Positions 1 through 11,449 of a stretch of DNA of 37,777 bases are shown piece after piece (the stretch's first letter is position 1; each line of letters begins with the position of its first letter). Made by a program: the position numbers and the translations under genes. Below the pieces are notes generated by a model that ran no database searches, was not told the DNA's origin, and was given only the letters and a program-made list of their open reading frames with translations. This DNA is from Jimgerdemannia flammicorona (lineage: Eukaryota): positions 1 to 37,777 of the forward strand of contig RBNJ01000179.1 of assembly GCA_003990765.1 (NCBI GenBank). The letters run 5' to 3'.

Positions 1-1782
1 GGCTTCTTGAATCTTCTGCCAGGCTTCATTGTAAATATCCCTAGGCATGGTCTTCAGGGTGTACTTCTTCTTAGGCTTTGGAGCAGCAGGTTCCCGTTCT
101 TCTTGTTCCATTTCTTCATCTTCTGGTAGCAACTCATTTATCTCAGGCACAAAAGGTGAGGGAGTTCGAGGAGGTGTTTCAACTTGTTCCTCCTCATGTT
201 CCTCATCTTCTTCTTGAATGATTCTTCTGCTGATGTTCCTGGATGGTCTTCCCACAGGTCTCTTTCTTTTTTCTGCTGGGTAGACTGTCTTTCGAGTAGT
301 AACCTTGGTAGGATACAAGTCTAGGTCACTGTAGTCTTCACTGTTGCTCGCTTCCTCGAAATCTTCAACAGGATGGGCTTCAGTCTTCTTGTACTGGGTG
401 TCATTCCTTTGGTTTGGTGGTTCTGAGTCCCTTTGGTCACTTCTTTTGTTATCACATTCAGTGGCATAGTGTCCGAATTGTCCACAGTAGAAGCATTGGA
501 CTTGGGCTCTGTCTCAGGCAGGGTACCTTCTTTCTTCTTGCTGGTAATTCCTATTATCCCTTGGTGGATAACCTTGGCTCCTCTGTGATGGGTATCCTCT
601 GTTGTTTTGGTAGTCCCGATTTTCATGTGTGGTGAGTTTTTCAATCTGTCCAACCAATCGGTCTAACTTGGAGCTGAGGTCTTGAATTTCGCTTCTGTCC
701 TTCTTTCCTTCCTTGGCTGGCCTACTTTCTTCAGACCTTTCTTGTCCTTGAAGGAGTCCTTGCAGGGCTTTGACCAGAATATCTTCTTTATCTTCCTTCT
801 TATCATGGTCACTCCAGGTAGTTCCTTGCCTGACATCAAAGAATTCTTGGGCTGCATCTACTTGCTCTTCAGACCTTCTGATGCCTAGGGTACAGACATG
901 CTGGGCAATATTCGGAGGAATCCCATTCATGAAGGTCATTGGACCTATGATGTCTTGTTTGGTGGCATTGAACCCGACAGAGTGCATTCTGTTCTGGATT
1001 CTTATGAAGAAGGCTCTGGGTGATTCTCCAAGATTCATCTTCATTCCCATAATGGATTCCTGAGCCTTGTGGCAGGTTTCATTTCCTGCATACTTTTCTA
1101 TGAGCCAGTAGACCATGGTCTGATATTCTAGCTCATAGGAGACTGCTGCTTGTATCTGTCTTACTAGTTCAGAATCTGGGTTGTTTGCTGTTTGATGGAA
1201 GATCCCTCTGGCTGGTTCTCTGAGCTGAGCTTTGTAGATAGCGATTTTCCTTTTGTCTGAGAGATTCCTCAAGGCTGTGATTCCTTCGATTCCATCAAGG
1301 AATTCTCTGGGGTCTTCCTCCAGGTATCCTGCAAAGATTGGCAATGAGGTGGCCATTTCTTCGTCACTTTCTTCTGATTCTGGTTCAAATTCGGATTCTG
1401 ATTCTGATTCACTTTCTGAACTGTCACTAGAGACCAGAGTGCTTGGGTATCTTGAAGATGGTGTTCTGGTTCTTGGATGAGGTGGAGTAGGCCTAGGTAT
1501 CCTTGTAGGAGCTACTTCTGGTTCTGCAAGAGGTTGTGGTAGGGGTTCTATTGGTGAAATTGGTGGGACTGGTGTGGGGTATCTGGCTATAAGGTGTTGG
1601 GTCCAGGTAATAAAGTCTTCTAGTTCTTGTGCAAGTTCTTCAAAATCTCCAGCAGGGCTGCCTGTATTGTCTGGTTGATCTGGTTGATCTGGTTGATCTG
1701 GCTGAGGATTTCGGGCTGTACTGCCTCCTGCTTCTGGTTGAGATCCTTCTGATGCTGAGTAGTTGGTAAGTCTTGAGGTAAT
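1..1782 (-). pseudogene. gag: Gag of A1 (capsid-like region, zinc knuckle CFYCGQFGHYATEC at ~455-496), one premature stop at 514-516
   Basis: ORF 514..1356 (F-x-G-x-x-E-E-D-P-R-E-F-L capsid-type start); frame stays open upstream to 1782 and resumes past the TGA into the knuckle. Confidence 0.88.
1669..1701 (-). repeat. 9-bp tandem repeat (tctggttga) encoding DQP repeats in the Gag N-terminal extension
   Basis: About 3.5 copies in A1; not expanded in A3 (~36185). Confidence 0.8.
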
Positions 1783-1912
1783 TACTTCTCTTCCTGTCCA
1801 GATGCTAGTGATGACTGGTTCTCCTGTGGTAGCAGAGGTTGGTGTTGTATCAAATATATCCAGTTTGACTGTGGGTTCTTGTGAGCTGAAAAGTCACGTT
1901 GATTTTGAAATC

Positions 1913-1930
1913 TTCCCAGTTGAGCCCCCA
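1913..1930 (-). promoter_or_regulatory. Primer-binding site, tRNA-Pro-like
   Basis: Minus strand TGGGGGCTCAACTGGGAA 2 nt after the LTR end; resembles the tRNA-Pro PBS TGGGGGCTCGTCCGGGAT. Confidence 0.75.
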
Positions 1931-1932
1931 AA

Positions 1933-3369
1933 TATAATGTGCCGGCTCAATGGAGGCAAATTACAAGGTTGGGGGTTGATGCAGTTTGGCTTGAGCCCCC
2001 AGTTGCTTTGTTAAAAGCAACAAAATGTTCTTAGTGTTTAGTGGTATAATAGTCAAGATCTGGATACTGTGCGAGCGGTTTCCTTTTTGGGACAGGTTCT
2101 TGGGTATAGCGGCGATTTGTGTGTGTGAACGGGTTTCCTTCTTGGGTCAACTGGGAATGGTGGAATTTGTGTAGTGCGACAATCTTATGCATGATGGTCT
2201 GGCAATCTAGTGGTTCTCCTTATGCGATTTCTGCATGACGATCTTGTGTAGTGCGATGGGTTTCCAAAAGTATGCGATTTCTGGCGGGACGATTTTGGTG
2301 GACTTCTCAATTTGGTGCGGGTTTTCCAAAAGCAGCAGTTTGGGAATAGAAGATAGCACAGATTCTTCTTACTAGGAATTGTACTGGTGGTGGGTAATTC
2401 AATAACTCAGGCTTCCTGGGAATATATGGCACGGTTTCTTCCTAGGCTCACTGGGAATGACGAACAACTCGGACAACTCCTCTGGGAATGCGGATAACTC
2501 GAAAGTGGTGGATGATGTGGATTTGGCGGGCTTCTGGAAAGCAGTGGCTTAACTGGGAATTAACTCGGATGGATGGCGCAGATTTGGCTTCAACTGGGAA
2601 TATGGTGGACAACTCGAAAACGGCGGGCTTTAACTGGGAAACGGGATGGCGGCTTGGAAAGGGTCTCTTGGCAAAGTTGTGTCAAAGACTGGCTTCATTT
2701 GCGTGAACAGATCACTGCGAAGTTGCATCAGAAACTGGCTTGGGCAAGGCAGAATGTGGCGAAGTTCTTCCTTGAACTTGGCAGGAAACTGGGATTCTTC
2801 AGGCTTATCTGACAAGCGAACCAAAAACGAACTCGTTCTTTGTATCGGAAAGTGGACCGGAGTGGAAAGGGGGAAATAAGCTCACAATCTCCTAACAGTG
2901 GCTGTAGAGTTCCTCTTGAAGTGTGGTAGGCAGACTTGTCTTTTGCTTCAATTTCGGACTTTTCGGACTGAGGTCTCGCCTCTGGGGTAATTTATACAAG
3001 TTGGTTGCTATCTGGTTGCTATGTGGCTAACTATAGATTTGCTATCTTCGGTAATGTTTGGGTGTGTCCTCTGGGTACAGGTGTGTCCACAGGACATGAG
3101 TGTGTCTGCAGGACATAAGTGTGTCTGCAGGACATGAGTGTGTCTGCCGGACATGAGTGTGTCCGCAGGACATGAGTGTGTCTGCCAGACATGAGTGTGT
3201 CCTCAGGACACAGGTAAACAATCCTGATCTGGTGTCCTTGCTAATTATAAGTGTGGCAGGCATGAGTAACTATGATACACTGGAAGTCACATCATGCTGA
3301 GTAAGTATGCTAATTGTTCGCGTCATCTGGCTAAGTTATAATTCAGGTGGTACGTTTTGGTCTGTTACA
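1933..3369 (-). repeat. 5' LTR of A1 (1437 bp)
   Basis: Ends t(a/g)taa...ttaca; homologous to 22043-22310 + 27803-28906 and 36422-36438. Confidence 0.9.
3062..3215. repeat. 19-bp minisatellite (caggacatgagtgtgtctg), ~8 copies, in U3 of the A1 LTR
   Basis: Directly visible tandem units; ~3 copies at 28730-28795 in the A3 LTR. Confidence 0.9.
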
Positions 3370-3856
3370 CTATTATTGAGAAAACTCTGAACATTTTGTA
3401 ACTTTTTGACAGAGTAACTAAAGACTCAAGCCAAACTATATAGTAATCTCAATCTTGCAATTTGTCTCTATTGAGCCAGGTATATTATATTTGAGAGCTT
3501 AACTAAAAATATTTTCAAAATCTATATAACTTTCTAGCTTACAAAAACCCAATAGTCAAACTAGATATATTTGATATAGTACTAATCTCTACTACTTCAG
3601 AAGAATGAATCATCATCAGTATTTGAATAAGAAGAGAAATAATTACCTCAAGACTTACTAACTACTTACTATTAAAAGAATCCAAATAAAAAGCTAGTGC
3701 AGTATAAAATCCCTCACTAGTACTAGCTCAGTTACTAAGACTACAGCTTGTAAATATATCAAAAGTATCAGCATACTTACTACTAAGAGACCTTACCTAT
3801 CAGATAATATAGATAACTTTATCTAAAACTTCAATAAACTTATAGTAGTAACTTAG
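3370..3856 (+). mobile_element. Family A fragment A4 in opposite orientation: LTR end (to 3489), PBS (~3492-3509), gag leader
   Basis: 3389-3856 is a transition-degraded reverse complement of ~1620-2030 (e.g. ctcaagccaaact, attgagcc, agtcaaactagatatatttgata). Confidence 0.85.
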
Positions 3857-4604
3857 TTGACAGATAACTTGGTTTGGCAGAAAACTTAGTATAGTGAATA
3901 ATATAGTTTGGTGAATAACTTAGATAATCAAATGATATAGATTCTTTATAAATTAGTAGATGATTCAGTGGATGTAAATTCTTTCTGAACTAGTAGACTT
4001 CTCTTCTTGACTGACAAAGTTATATCCAAGACTGCTTCATTTGTATAAGATTATATTAAAAGACTGGCTTCACTTTGAAGATGTATCTTATTCTAAACTA
4101 GCTTTATAAGATAATTTTCTAAAAATATCAGCTCTTTCTTAGTAGCAGATTCATTAAATGGTGGTGAAGTTCTTCACTTAAATATAGTAGTAAATCTTGA
4201 ATTTAGACTCATTCTTTATATTGAAAAGTAAATTGGGGTGGGAAATGGCTCACAAATTTTTAGCAATAGCTCATTAGCAGATTTCTCCTTTTAAGTATAT
4301 CAGACAATTGGCTTTTGCTTTAATTTTCAGACTGAGGTTTATTCACTCTTATCTCTAAAATATTTTATATAAGTTTGATACTATCTCAGTTAATATGTAT
4401 GACTAATTATAATGTGTGACTTTCTCTATTCTCTCAGGGTTCAGTACTTTTAGGGTATTGTATATAGTTTTAGAGTTTAGTTGTTCTTAATCTAGTTTTT
4501 TATACTATTTATATAATTTTGCAGAAACTGGATAACTATGTGAATAGCTATGATGCATTAAGTATTTATATTATCTGATTATATTATATTATTTACATAT
4601 TACA
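3857..4604 (-). repeat. Truncated 3' LTR of A2
   Basis: Matches A3 LTR ~28000-28906; ends ttaca followed by PPT-side tcagctcctact (A3: tcagcccccact). Confidence 0.75.
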
Positions 4605-4761
4605 TCAGCTCCTACTAAAGGATGGTCTATACTTAGACTATCCTTTATTTTTTATTTCAGTAGATATAGACAGATATAAGAATAGGTAGAGATTGCAGAA
4701 AACTGAGAATAAGAGTCTGGAGAAACTAGTCAATTCTTTGATTTATAGTTTGGAGGATTTT

Positions 4762-4810
4762 ATAACTTGAGACTATAAAAAAAAAAAAAAAAAAAAAAAT
4801 AACTTGAGAC
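4762..4810 (+). mobile_element. Solo poly(A) insertion with target-site duplication
   Basis: ataacttgagac at 4762-4773 and 4799-4810 flanks tat + A-run; only one copy of this motif at the homologous A3 site (~29478-29490). Confidence 0.75.
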
Positions 4811-6640
4811 AATTAATATATATTAGTATTCTCAGAGTTTATCTTCTATACTTCTTATATAGATACTAATTTCTCTGATATTGTATACAAGATAAGATCC
4901 TTCTTATTTAAACTCTCATTTGGTAGCAAAGTTTGTTTCAATTATATTTTTTCAGACTAGTACTTGATTTTCAATCTCAATCTTTTGATTCTTTTACTTC
5001 TGATTATAGAACTTCTTTTATCTTTTCTGAGTCTTGATTATCTGAGCTCTGACTTGATTATATAATTATTCTGCTCTTTTGAGAAGATCTCTGAGATTCT
5101 GATGATCAGAGGATCTGGTTTTCTTAACAAATATTTTCTCAAATAGTCTTTATTTAATAGAGGTAATAGGGGTGATCTTAATTTTCTATTAGATCTCAAG
5201 TAAGCAGAGATCTCAGGTAATAGAATTAACTTGAGAAAGTCCTTTCTTGATAGTCTGGTTCATTTATTCTATCATATGTATCATTGATTTGGGAATAGTA
5301 TAATATGATTTATTTGAAGTAGATTTTATAAATTCAAGTATAACTTATAACTATATTATTGATAAATTCTGTATCTTGATCAGAAATAAGTTCTTCAGAG
5401 GCTCTATATCTGAGTATAAGGTAATAGAGGAGACCAACAATAATTAAGACATCAGCAATTTCTACTGAGAAAGTTTTGGGCTATATATATAAAGTCAGAT
5501 ATTCTATAAATACTAAAATATATTTATTTCTCCTTAGTATAACTGATAGAAGTCTGATAACATCTACTTCCCATCTCTGAAGAATATTGAATAGTGATCT
5601 AATTAGTTATAGTAGTGCTTAATAGTTCTTCTTTTCTTAATATACTAGATATTATATTTTTTAAGTATATCTCTGACTTATATTCTGAGGTTGAGTCAAT
5701 GTTAATTTGTTATTCACAGCTTTTCTTCTATATTTGCCTATTCTTGATGGGCTTTTTAGTGCTCTTTTCAGATAAGGTCTTCTTGCATTTTGATGGTTAT
5801 AAGAGCTTTCTTTAGAGTATAGTTTCTTAGTATATTCTTCTTCTAATTTATTAGAAGTGGTAAATAAGTATATCTCCATTATTGTGAGCTTTCTCTAATT
5901 TGTGAATAATAGTGATTTTGTAATCTTATAAAATAAGGATCTAGTAGGTAAAAATTCCAGTAAGTTTCTTATAGTTAAATAGTTATTTAAGAGTAGTATA
6001 GTCAGTGTTCAGAGTGAACTTTTTTCAATAAAATAGTGCTTGAACAGAGTGACTGTCCATATAACTGCAAGATATTCTAGTTTGGTGCTACTATAGTTAA
6101 TTTACTACTGATTTATAGTTTAGCTTGAATGAGTTATCATATAATACTACTGATTAATTCTTCTTGAGCTTAAATTACTCTAAGGCTATCATTGAAAGTA
6201 TCTGTGTATAAGCTAAATGGCTTCTGCAGATTGGATTGTACAAGGATTGATACTATAGTTATATAGTACTTAAGTTCTCTAAAGTAGTTCCATCTATTAG
6301 TATAGTACTTCTTTTAAGAGAAGAGTTCAAATTAGAGTAGTGATTTGGGCAAATTCTTTGATAAATCTTCTATAGTTGGATACTAGTATCAGAATTAATA
6401 GTATTTTCTTTGAAGTCTTAGATACTGGCCAGTTGTTGATCTTCTCAGTTTCTTTAGATCTGTATGAGATTTTTTTTTTTAGAAACTATAAATCAAAGAA
6501 ATTCAAGTTTCTGTTTTTCAAAGTAGTATTTCTTAACATTGAGTCTCAGAGAGTTCTTATAGATGAGCTGAAAGAATTCTTCTAGATAGTGTCGGTATTC
6601 TTTGAAATTTACTAAATAGATATTAGAGTTATCTATATAT
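4800..6640 (-). pseudogene. pol: A2 pol remnant: RT C-terminus, RNase H, integrase
   Basis: Aligns to A3 29480-31278; many stops. Confidence 0.8.
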
Positions 6641-7096
6641 TGTTATATAGTGGTCGCTGAGTTCTTCAAATATGCCAGATTCTCTACAAGATATATCTCT
6701 TAGACTAACTCAAGTTTGTTATAAGCAAGTTCTTATTGGAGTGCCTTTCCAAGGTCTTATAGTTCTCAAACTTCTTATCTTTAAACTGTCTTGTAATATT
6801 TTTAGATTGCTTGCAAGGAAGTATATGTATTGCACTAAGTAGACTGACTTTATTTCAGTGAAAATAAGAGGGGTATTTATACAAAATATAAATTCAATGG
6901 TTGCTAAGATATAAAGCTAAATATAAATTCCAATAACTAAGAGCCCATTCAGTTCAAAATAACATTATTTTGGGTTATATGGCATGAGAATTATTTCTGG
7001 ATCAAAATAATTCTAATGCTTAAAAGATCATGCTATTACTGAAAACTAATAATAAAATTATGGTGTTATTTTGAGTCAGCCACAACCTTGCTGCCA

Positions 7097-8424
7097 TGTC
7101 TTCTCCAAATGCACCACTGCCTCTTCTGCAGCAATTCACTGCTGTCCTCTGTGACATCCAGCCTGGTCTCCATAAACTCATTCACTTACTACATTTCCTC
7201 ATGCTTCTTGCCCACATTGCTGCTGAGTATGCACTGCCACTATATGGAAAGCAGCCATATAATATGTCTCCTCTATCAGATACTCTTTATTTTTCAAGTT
7301 GCTATTTTTAATAAGAAAACTTATCAATTAACACACCATCATCAGGTGCTTGCTACATAGAGGAGTTACTGACAGGAAATATACAATATATTGATAGTGT
7401 TTTGCAGATGCCCCTTGTCACATTTCAGCACCTATGTTATCTTTTAGAGGTATTGCTGAACAGATTGCAATCTTCCTTTGGGTTGTTGGACACAACACGT
7501 CTAACAGACAGACAATGGAGTGCTTCCAGCACAGTGGGGACATGATCAGCACAATCTTCCACTTGGTTCTCAAGGCATTGGTGTGCCTTACTTCTGACTT
7601 TGTATATCTGCCACATTCAAACAGCTGGCCTCCTAAAGTGAGGTAAACTCAAAGTTTTTTCCTTACTTCAAGGACTGCATTAGTACACTCAATAGTTCTC
7701 ACATTCTTGCTTTGATGTCTACCAACTTAGTTACAGCATACAGGAACAGAAAGGAGTTCACTTCACAGAATATACTAGTAGTCTGTAATTTCAACATGAC
7801 ATTTTCTTATATTCTGAGTGGCTGGGAGAGTTCTGCACATGATGAGTGAGTCCTTAAAGATGTACTCAGCAAAGACCTTTTTATTCTGGAAGGCAGGTTC
7901 TATCTGGAAGATGCTGGCTATGGACTATTGTATCAAGTCCTTACTCCCTACCAATACATTCAATACCACCTTCATGAATAGAGAAGTACTTGCATCAAGA
8001 GAGGGCAGAGGACAGACTGTCAGAAGTTTAATTTTATTTATTTTTTTTATTTTTTACTAGACAACTGCCAATTTGTGGCTGCAAATGAAGGAAGAGCTCT
8101 TCAACCTCAGACATACAAGCCTGAGAAATGTGGTGGAGTGGACCTTTGGAGTGCTAAAATACTGCTTTCTGATCTTGAACACACAGATCATATATTCACT
8201 AGAAATACAAGCAGACCACCCACATGTATTGGCTTGCCTGCATAACTTTATCATACAACAAAACAGCCAGGATGATATGTTCTTCCAGGAAGAATTTGCA
8301 TGAGACTTAGAGGAGTATGAAAATAGGGAAGAACATTGGGTTGAAGAGGATGATGGTATAAGTGAATGGCAAGATGAAATTGCCTGTCAAATGTGGGAAA
8401 ATTATTGGCAACACCAACAATAAT
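7097..8424 (+). pseudogene. Harbinger DDE transposase (HARBI1/DDE_Tnp_4-like), degenerate, probably intron-containing
   Basis: Motifs EQIAIFLWVVGHN..FQHSG, FKDCI, YRNRKG, GWESSAHD, YLEDAGY, ELFNLRHTSLRNVVEWTFGVLK. Confidence 0.88.
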
Positions 8425-8469
8425 AGGTATATCACATTGATTGTACTTTTTTATTAAATCACATGTATT

Positions 8470-9662
8470 ACTATTATAATTGTTCTGAAGTATCTTTATT
8501 TATATTGTTAATCTCCTCTTTCAATCAAATATTGTACACCTCTCCAGCAGGCATTGTACAGAATATTGTTGCATTTACTTCAGACTTCATAATACTATAA
8601 GCTTTGGCCATATCCATACTGTTTAATATATTACTGTACTCTTTATGGAGAGCAAGAATGGCATCTCAATAGATACTGGGGCTTGTCAGTGGCAGTGCCT
8701 TTGCAATATCAGCCAGCTGATTGATGGTAGAGGCAATTGCCAAGCCAGGGTTGGTTCACTCATGTTTTTTGAGAGTGGTGTTGCAGGAGGGAGTAGTGTT
8801 GTGGGAGGAAGTGGTGGTAGAGGAAGTGGTGGTAGAGGAAGGTTTGTTGGTGTTGGAGATATTATGAGAGGTATCTTGAAGCTCATCTTCATCTTCAGAG
8901 AGTATCTTATTTCAAATTTGATGCTTATTGATGTTGGAAGAGGTTTGAAAGGGGATTGATGATTAGTGCTTGTCTTCATCTTCAGAGGGTATCTTGGTCT
9001 GTGTGTGATGCTATATAACCTGGCCTTGTGTAGTGGTGTAATGGCCAGTTGCCCCTATTGTCCCAAATAGCTCATTAAAATCATTGTACTGAGAAAAGAC
9101 TCTATTGTGGAACATTTTTGCCTGGGGGTACTCCTATAAATATAGAAAAAATTAGAAAAGGTGATATCCAGCTTGCAGAAAGCCTGAATAATGAGTATTT
9201 GCACCTTTAAGTAATCATCCCACACTTTTGAAGGAGCTTCAACTGTTTGCACCTCCTCATTCCAATCAAACCCACTCCTGTTCTTCAGGTGGTTGAATGT
9301 ATCATAGTCTGACTTAAATGACTGATGAAACTTCAACTTGATCTGGCTGATGTTGATCAGCTGGTCAAAGTGTTCTGAGCATTATTTAGCTATTGAGACC
9401 CATGAAACCATTTTCAGTTCTTTTTCCATATCAAACTGTATCAAGCAGCTGGGAGATCAGGTAGTTTTCCATTGTCAAGTCCTATTAGAGGCATGGTGCC
9501 TTCTTATTTCCTTTGGAGTTATTTTTGGCAGAGGTAGTGGGGTTCATGGAGATAATGGGTTCATGGGGACAAAGATGAATACAACAGGAGGTAGTGGAGG
9601 TAGTAAAAATAACAGTCAAAATACAGGTCCAGACCTGTATTTCAAAATAAGGAGTTATATGT
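8470..9662 (-). pseudogene. Harbinger-associated Myb/SANT-like DNA-binding protein, degenerate
   Basis: LKNRSGFDWNEEVQTVEAPSKVWDDYLK matches the SGFGW...W..Y motif; GT..AG intron ~9134-9204; boundaries approximate. Confidence 0.78.
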
Positions 9663-9997
9663 GATTTTGCCTGATATTGTGTTCTAATGATGATGTTGTA
9701 CCAAACATGTTATAATTTTGATATGATATTCAAAAATAATGTTATTTTGAAATGAAGGCATTATTTGCTAAACTAATACAACTGAACAGGCCCTAAAATA
9801 AAATGCCAGAACAGAAAAAACTGCTAAGTTCCAGAGTCAGCACTGACAGTTTTACAGGTTCAGGATGCTGGTATAATTTCAGTAGTATAGGTTCAGGATG
9901 CTGGTATAATTTCAGTAGTACAGGAAAATGGTACTGGAATAATTCAGTATAATATCAGAATGCTGGTGGTGGAATAATTCAGTATCACTAAAGGACT

Positions 9998-10753
9998 TTA
10001 GAGCAGAATGTTCAAGACTATAAAGGCTTCATCCTTATCAGAGATCAGAATGTCTTCAAAGGAGATGAGGTCTACAAATTAATCATTGTCATATAGGTCA
10101 CATGTTTTGTATATATCATATGTCTCACATATGTTACATAGGATGATGTCATTGCCAATGACATTATCACATTTAGTGGTGGCAGGAACAAGAAGGTCTC
10201 AGGCTCTCCAGTCTATGAGGTTCTCTTCCACAAAATAGGGGACAAATGTGAGATCTTGGAGAGGTCTAACCTGGAAGCTTGGGCCTTGGAATATTGAGAT
10301 CAATCCTTACAGAAATGGGTCTGGGTTGTTCTGAAGGATGGGATGCCAGAAGTCTTCTACTTCATCACTGTCAAGGGTGATAGTGGACTGGACTTCTGTA
10401 GCCACCCTGACTTCTAGTGTATTGATATAGCAGGCTGACAGGTCACTGAAATCTGAGACTCTAACATACTCTAAGTTGGGGATCAACCATGGTATATGCC
10501 TGAAGATCTGATGGATCTTCTTGGCTATTTTTGTTTCATATATATCCATGAGAGTGGCATCTTGTAGCTCTTGAGTGCTGGCCTGTGGGAACTCCTGGCA
10601 GAGGAGGTTTACTATTTCATACTCCTGCTACATTTGGAGGTATTTGATAGCAATGGTGATCCTTGTTTCCATTTCATAGTAATAGAGAATATAATGATAA
10701 GAGTCACCAGTACTCAGGTTGATACTAGGAGTCCTTCTTAAGTGGGTCCTCAT
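9998..10753 (-). pseudogene. LTR-encoded accessory ORF of element B (3' LTR copy), 251 aa, unknown function
   Basis: Same length and frame as 17178-17933; internal stops are sense codons in the other copy. Confidence 0.72.
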
Positions 10754-11082
10754 GGCTTTTCTGATGTCTTAGAATATCCTTTCTTCAACTGAGATGCCTT
10801 GGTGGTTCCTTGATCTTGAGATTTGATGAGCAGCAGATATTTCATTTGTGGTAAGTCTTTGAGCTATTTTGGGATTAGTGGGTTTTGTTGGTTATTGCTA
10901 CTGCAGTTCTTTGATCCTTCTTTTATATTTCTCAAGATACCTATACTATGGTCACAATGACTTACAGTTGGTCATTATTGCTCATCTTATATACTGTATG
11001 ATCTTCTTATACTCTGATCTGGTGGCTTGTAAGAAACGGCTGTCTCCTGTACTGATGTCATCATTCTGGGGTCACTGTTACA

Positions 11083-11095
11083 TCTTCCTCCTAAA
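11083..11095 (-). promoter_or_regulatory. Polypurine tract of element B
   Basis: Minus strand TTTAGGAGGAAGA directly before the TGT of the 3' LTR. Confidence 0.8.
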
Positions 11096-11449
11096 TAAGG
11101 ATCTTCTTAAATGTTCTTATTCATTAGTCTAGTCCTGAAAAATTTGCTAATCCCATAACCTCTGACAAAGGATCAAAAAGTGGTGTTTATGGGCTGGCAT
11201 CTTCTCTTTATATTTTGGCATGATGGTGAAGGGTCACTCCCTTCATATAGAGCAAGGATCTAATTCTGATCTTGACCAATTAGTTGATAGTTTGAACTCC
11301 TCTGACTTAGAAAGTCTCATGGATGAGTAGTTGTTGGTGCTGTATCTCTTAGAGAATGGTCCAGACAGATAGCCTACTGATCATGAGACATACTGTTATG
11401 ATTCACAGACTAGAACCTCATGGGCAGTCACCATGTTTTGCTTCTCTTG

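Larger units (their letters stand above)
1..3369 (-). mobile_element. Ty3/Gypsy LTR retrotransposon family A, copy A1 (5' LTR, PBS, gag; continues off the left edge)
   Basis: LTR 1933-3369, PBS next to it, gag with CCHC knuckle; colinear with A3 34520-36438. Confidence 0.93.
6941..9793 (+). mobile_element. PIF/Harbinger DNA transposon
   Basis: TAA TSD (6938-6940, 9794-9796); 14-bp TIRs gagcccattcagtt / aactgaacaggccc (3 mismatches); empty site present in the other LTR (~17037-17050); two convergent genes. Confidence 0.95.
6641..11082 (-). repeat. 3' LTR of element B (interrupted by Harbinger at 6941-9793)
   Basis: Direct repeat of 16743-18262; 66 bp longer, including a 33-bp tandem duplication at ~9856-9921. 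Confidence 0.93.

Noticed and set aside
3062..3215. CRISPR-like array
   Set aside because: Units are contiguous with no unique spacers, lie in an LTR, and no cas genes are present; ORF 3042..3263 is only the translated repeat
8645..8959. Gly-rich plus-strand ORF
   Set aside because: Antisense to the Pro-rich part of the Harbinger Myb gene
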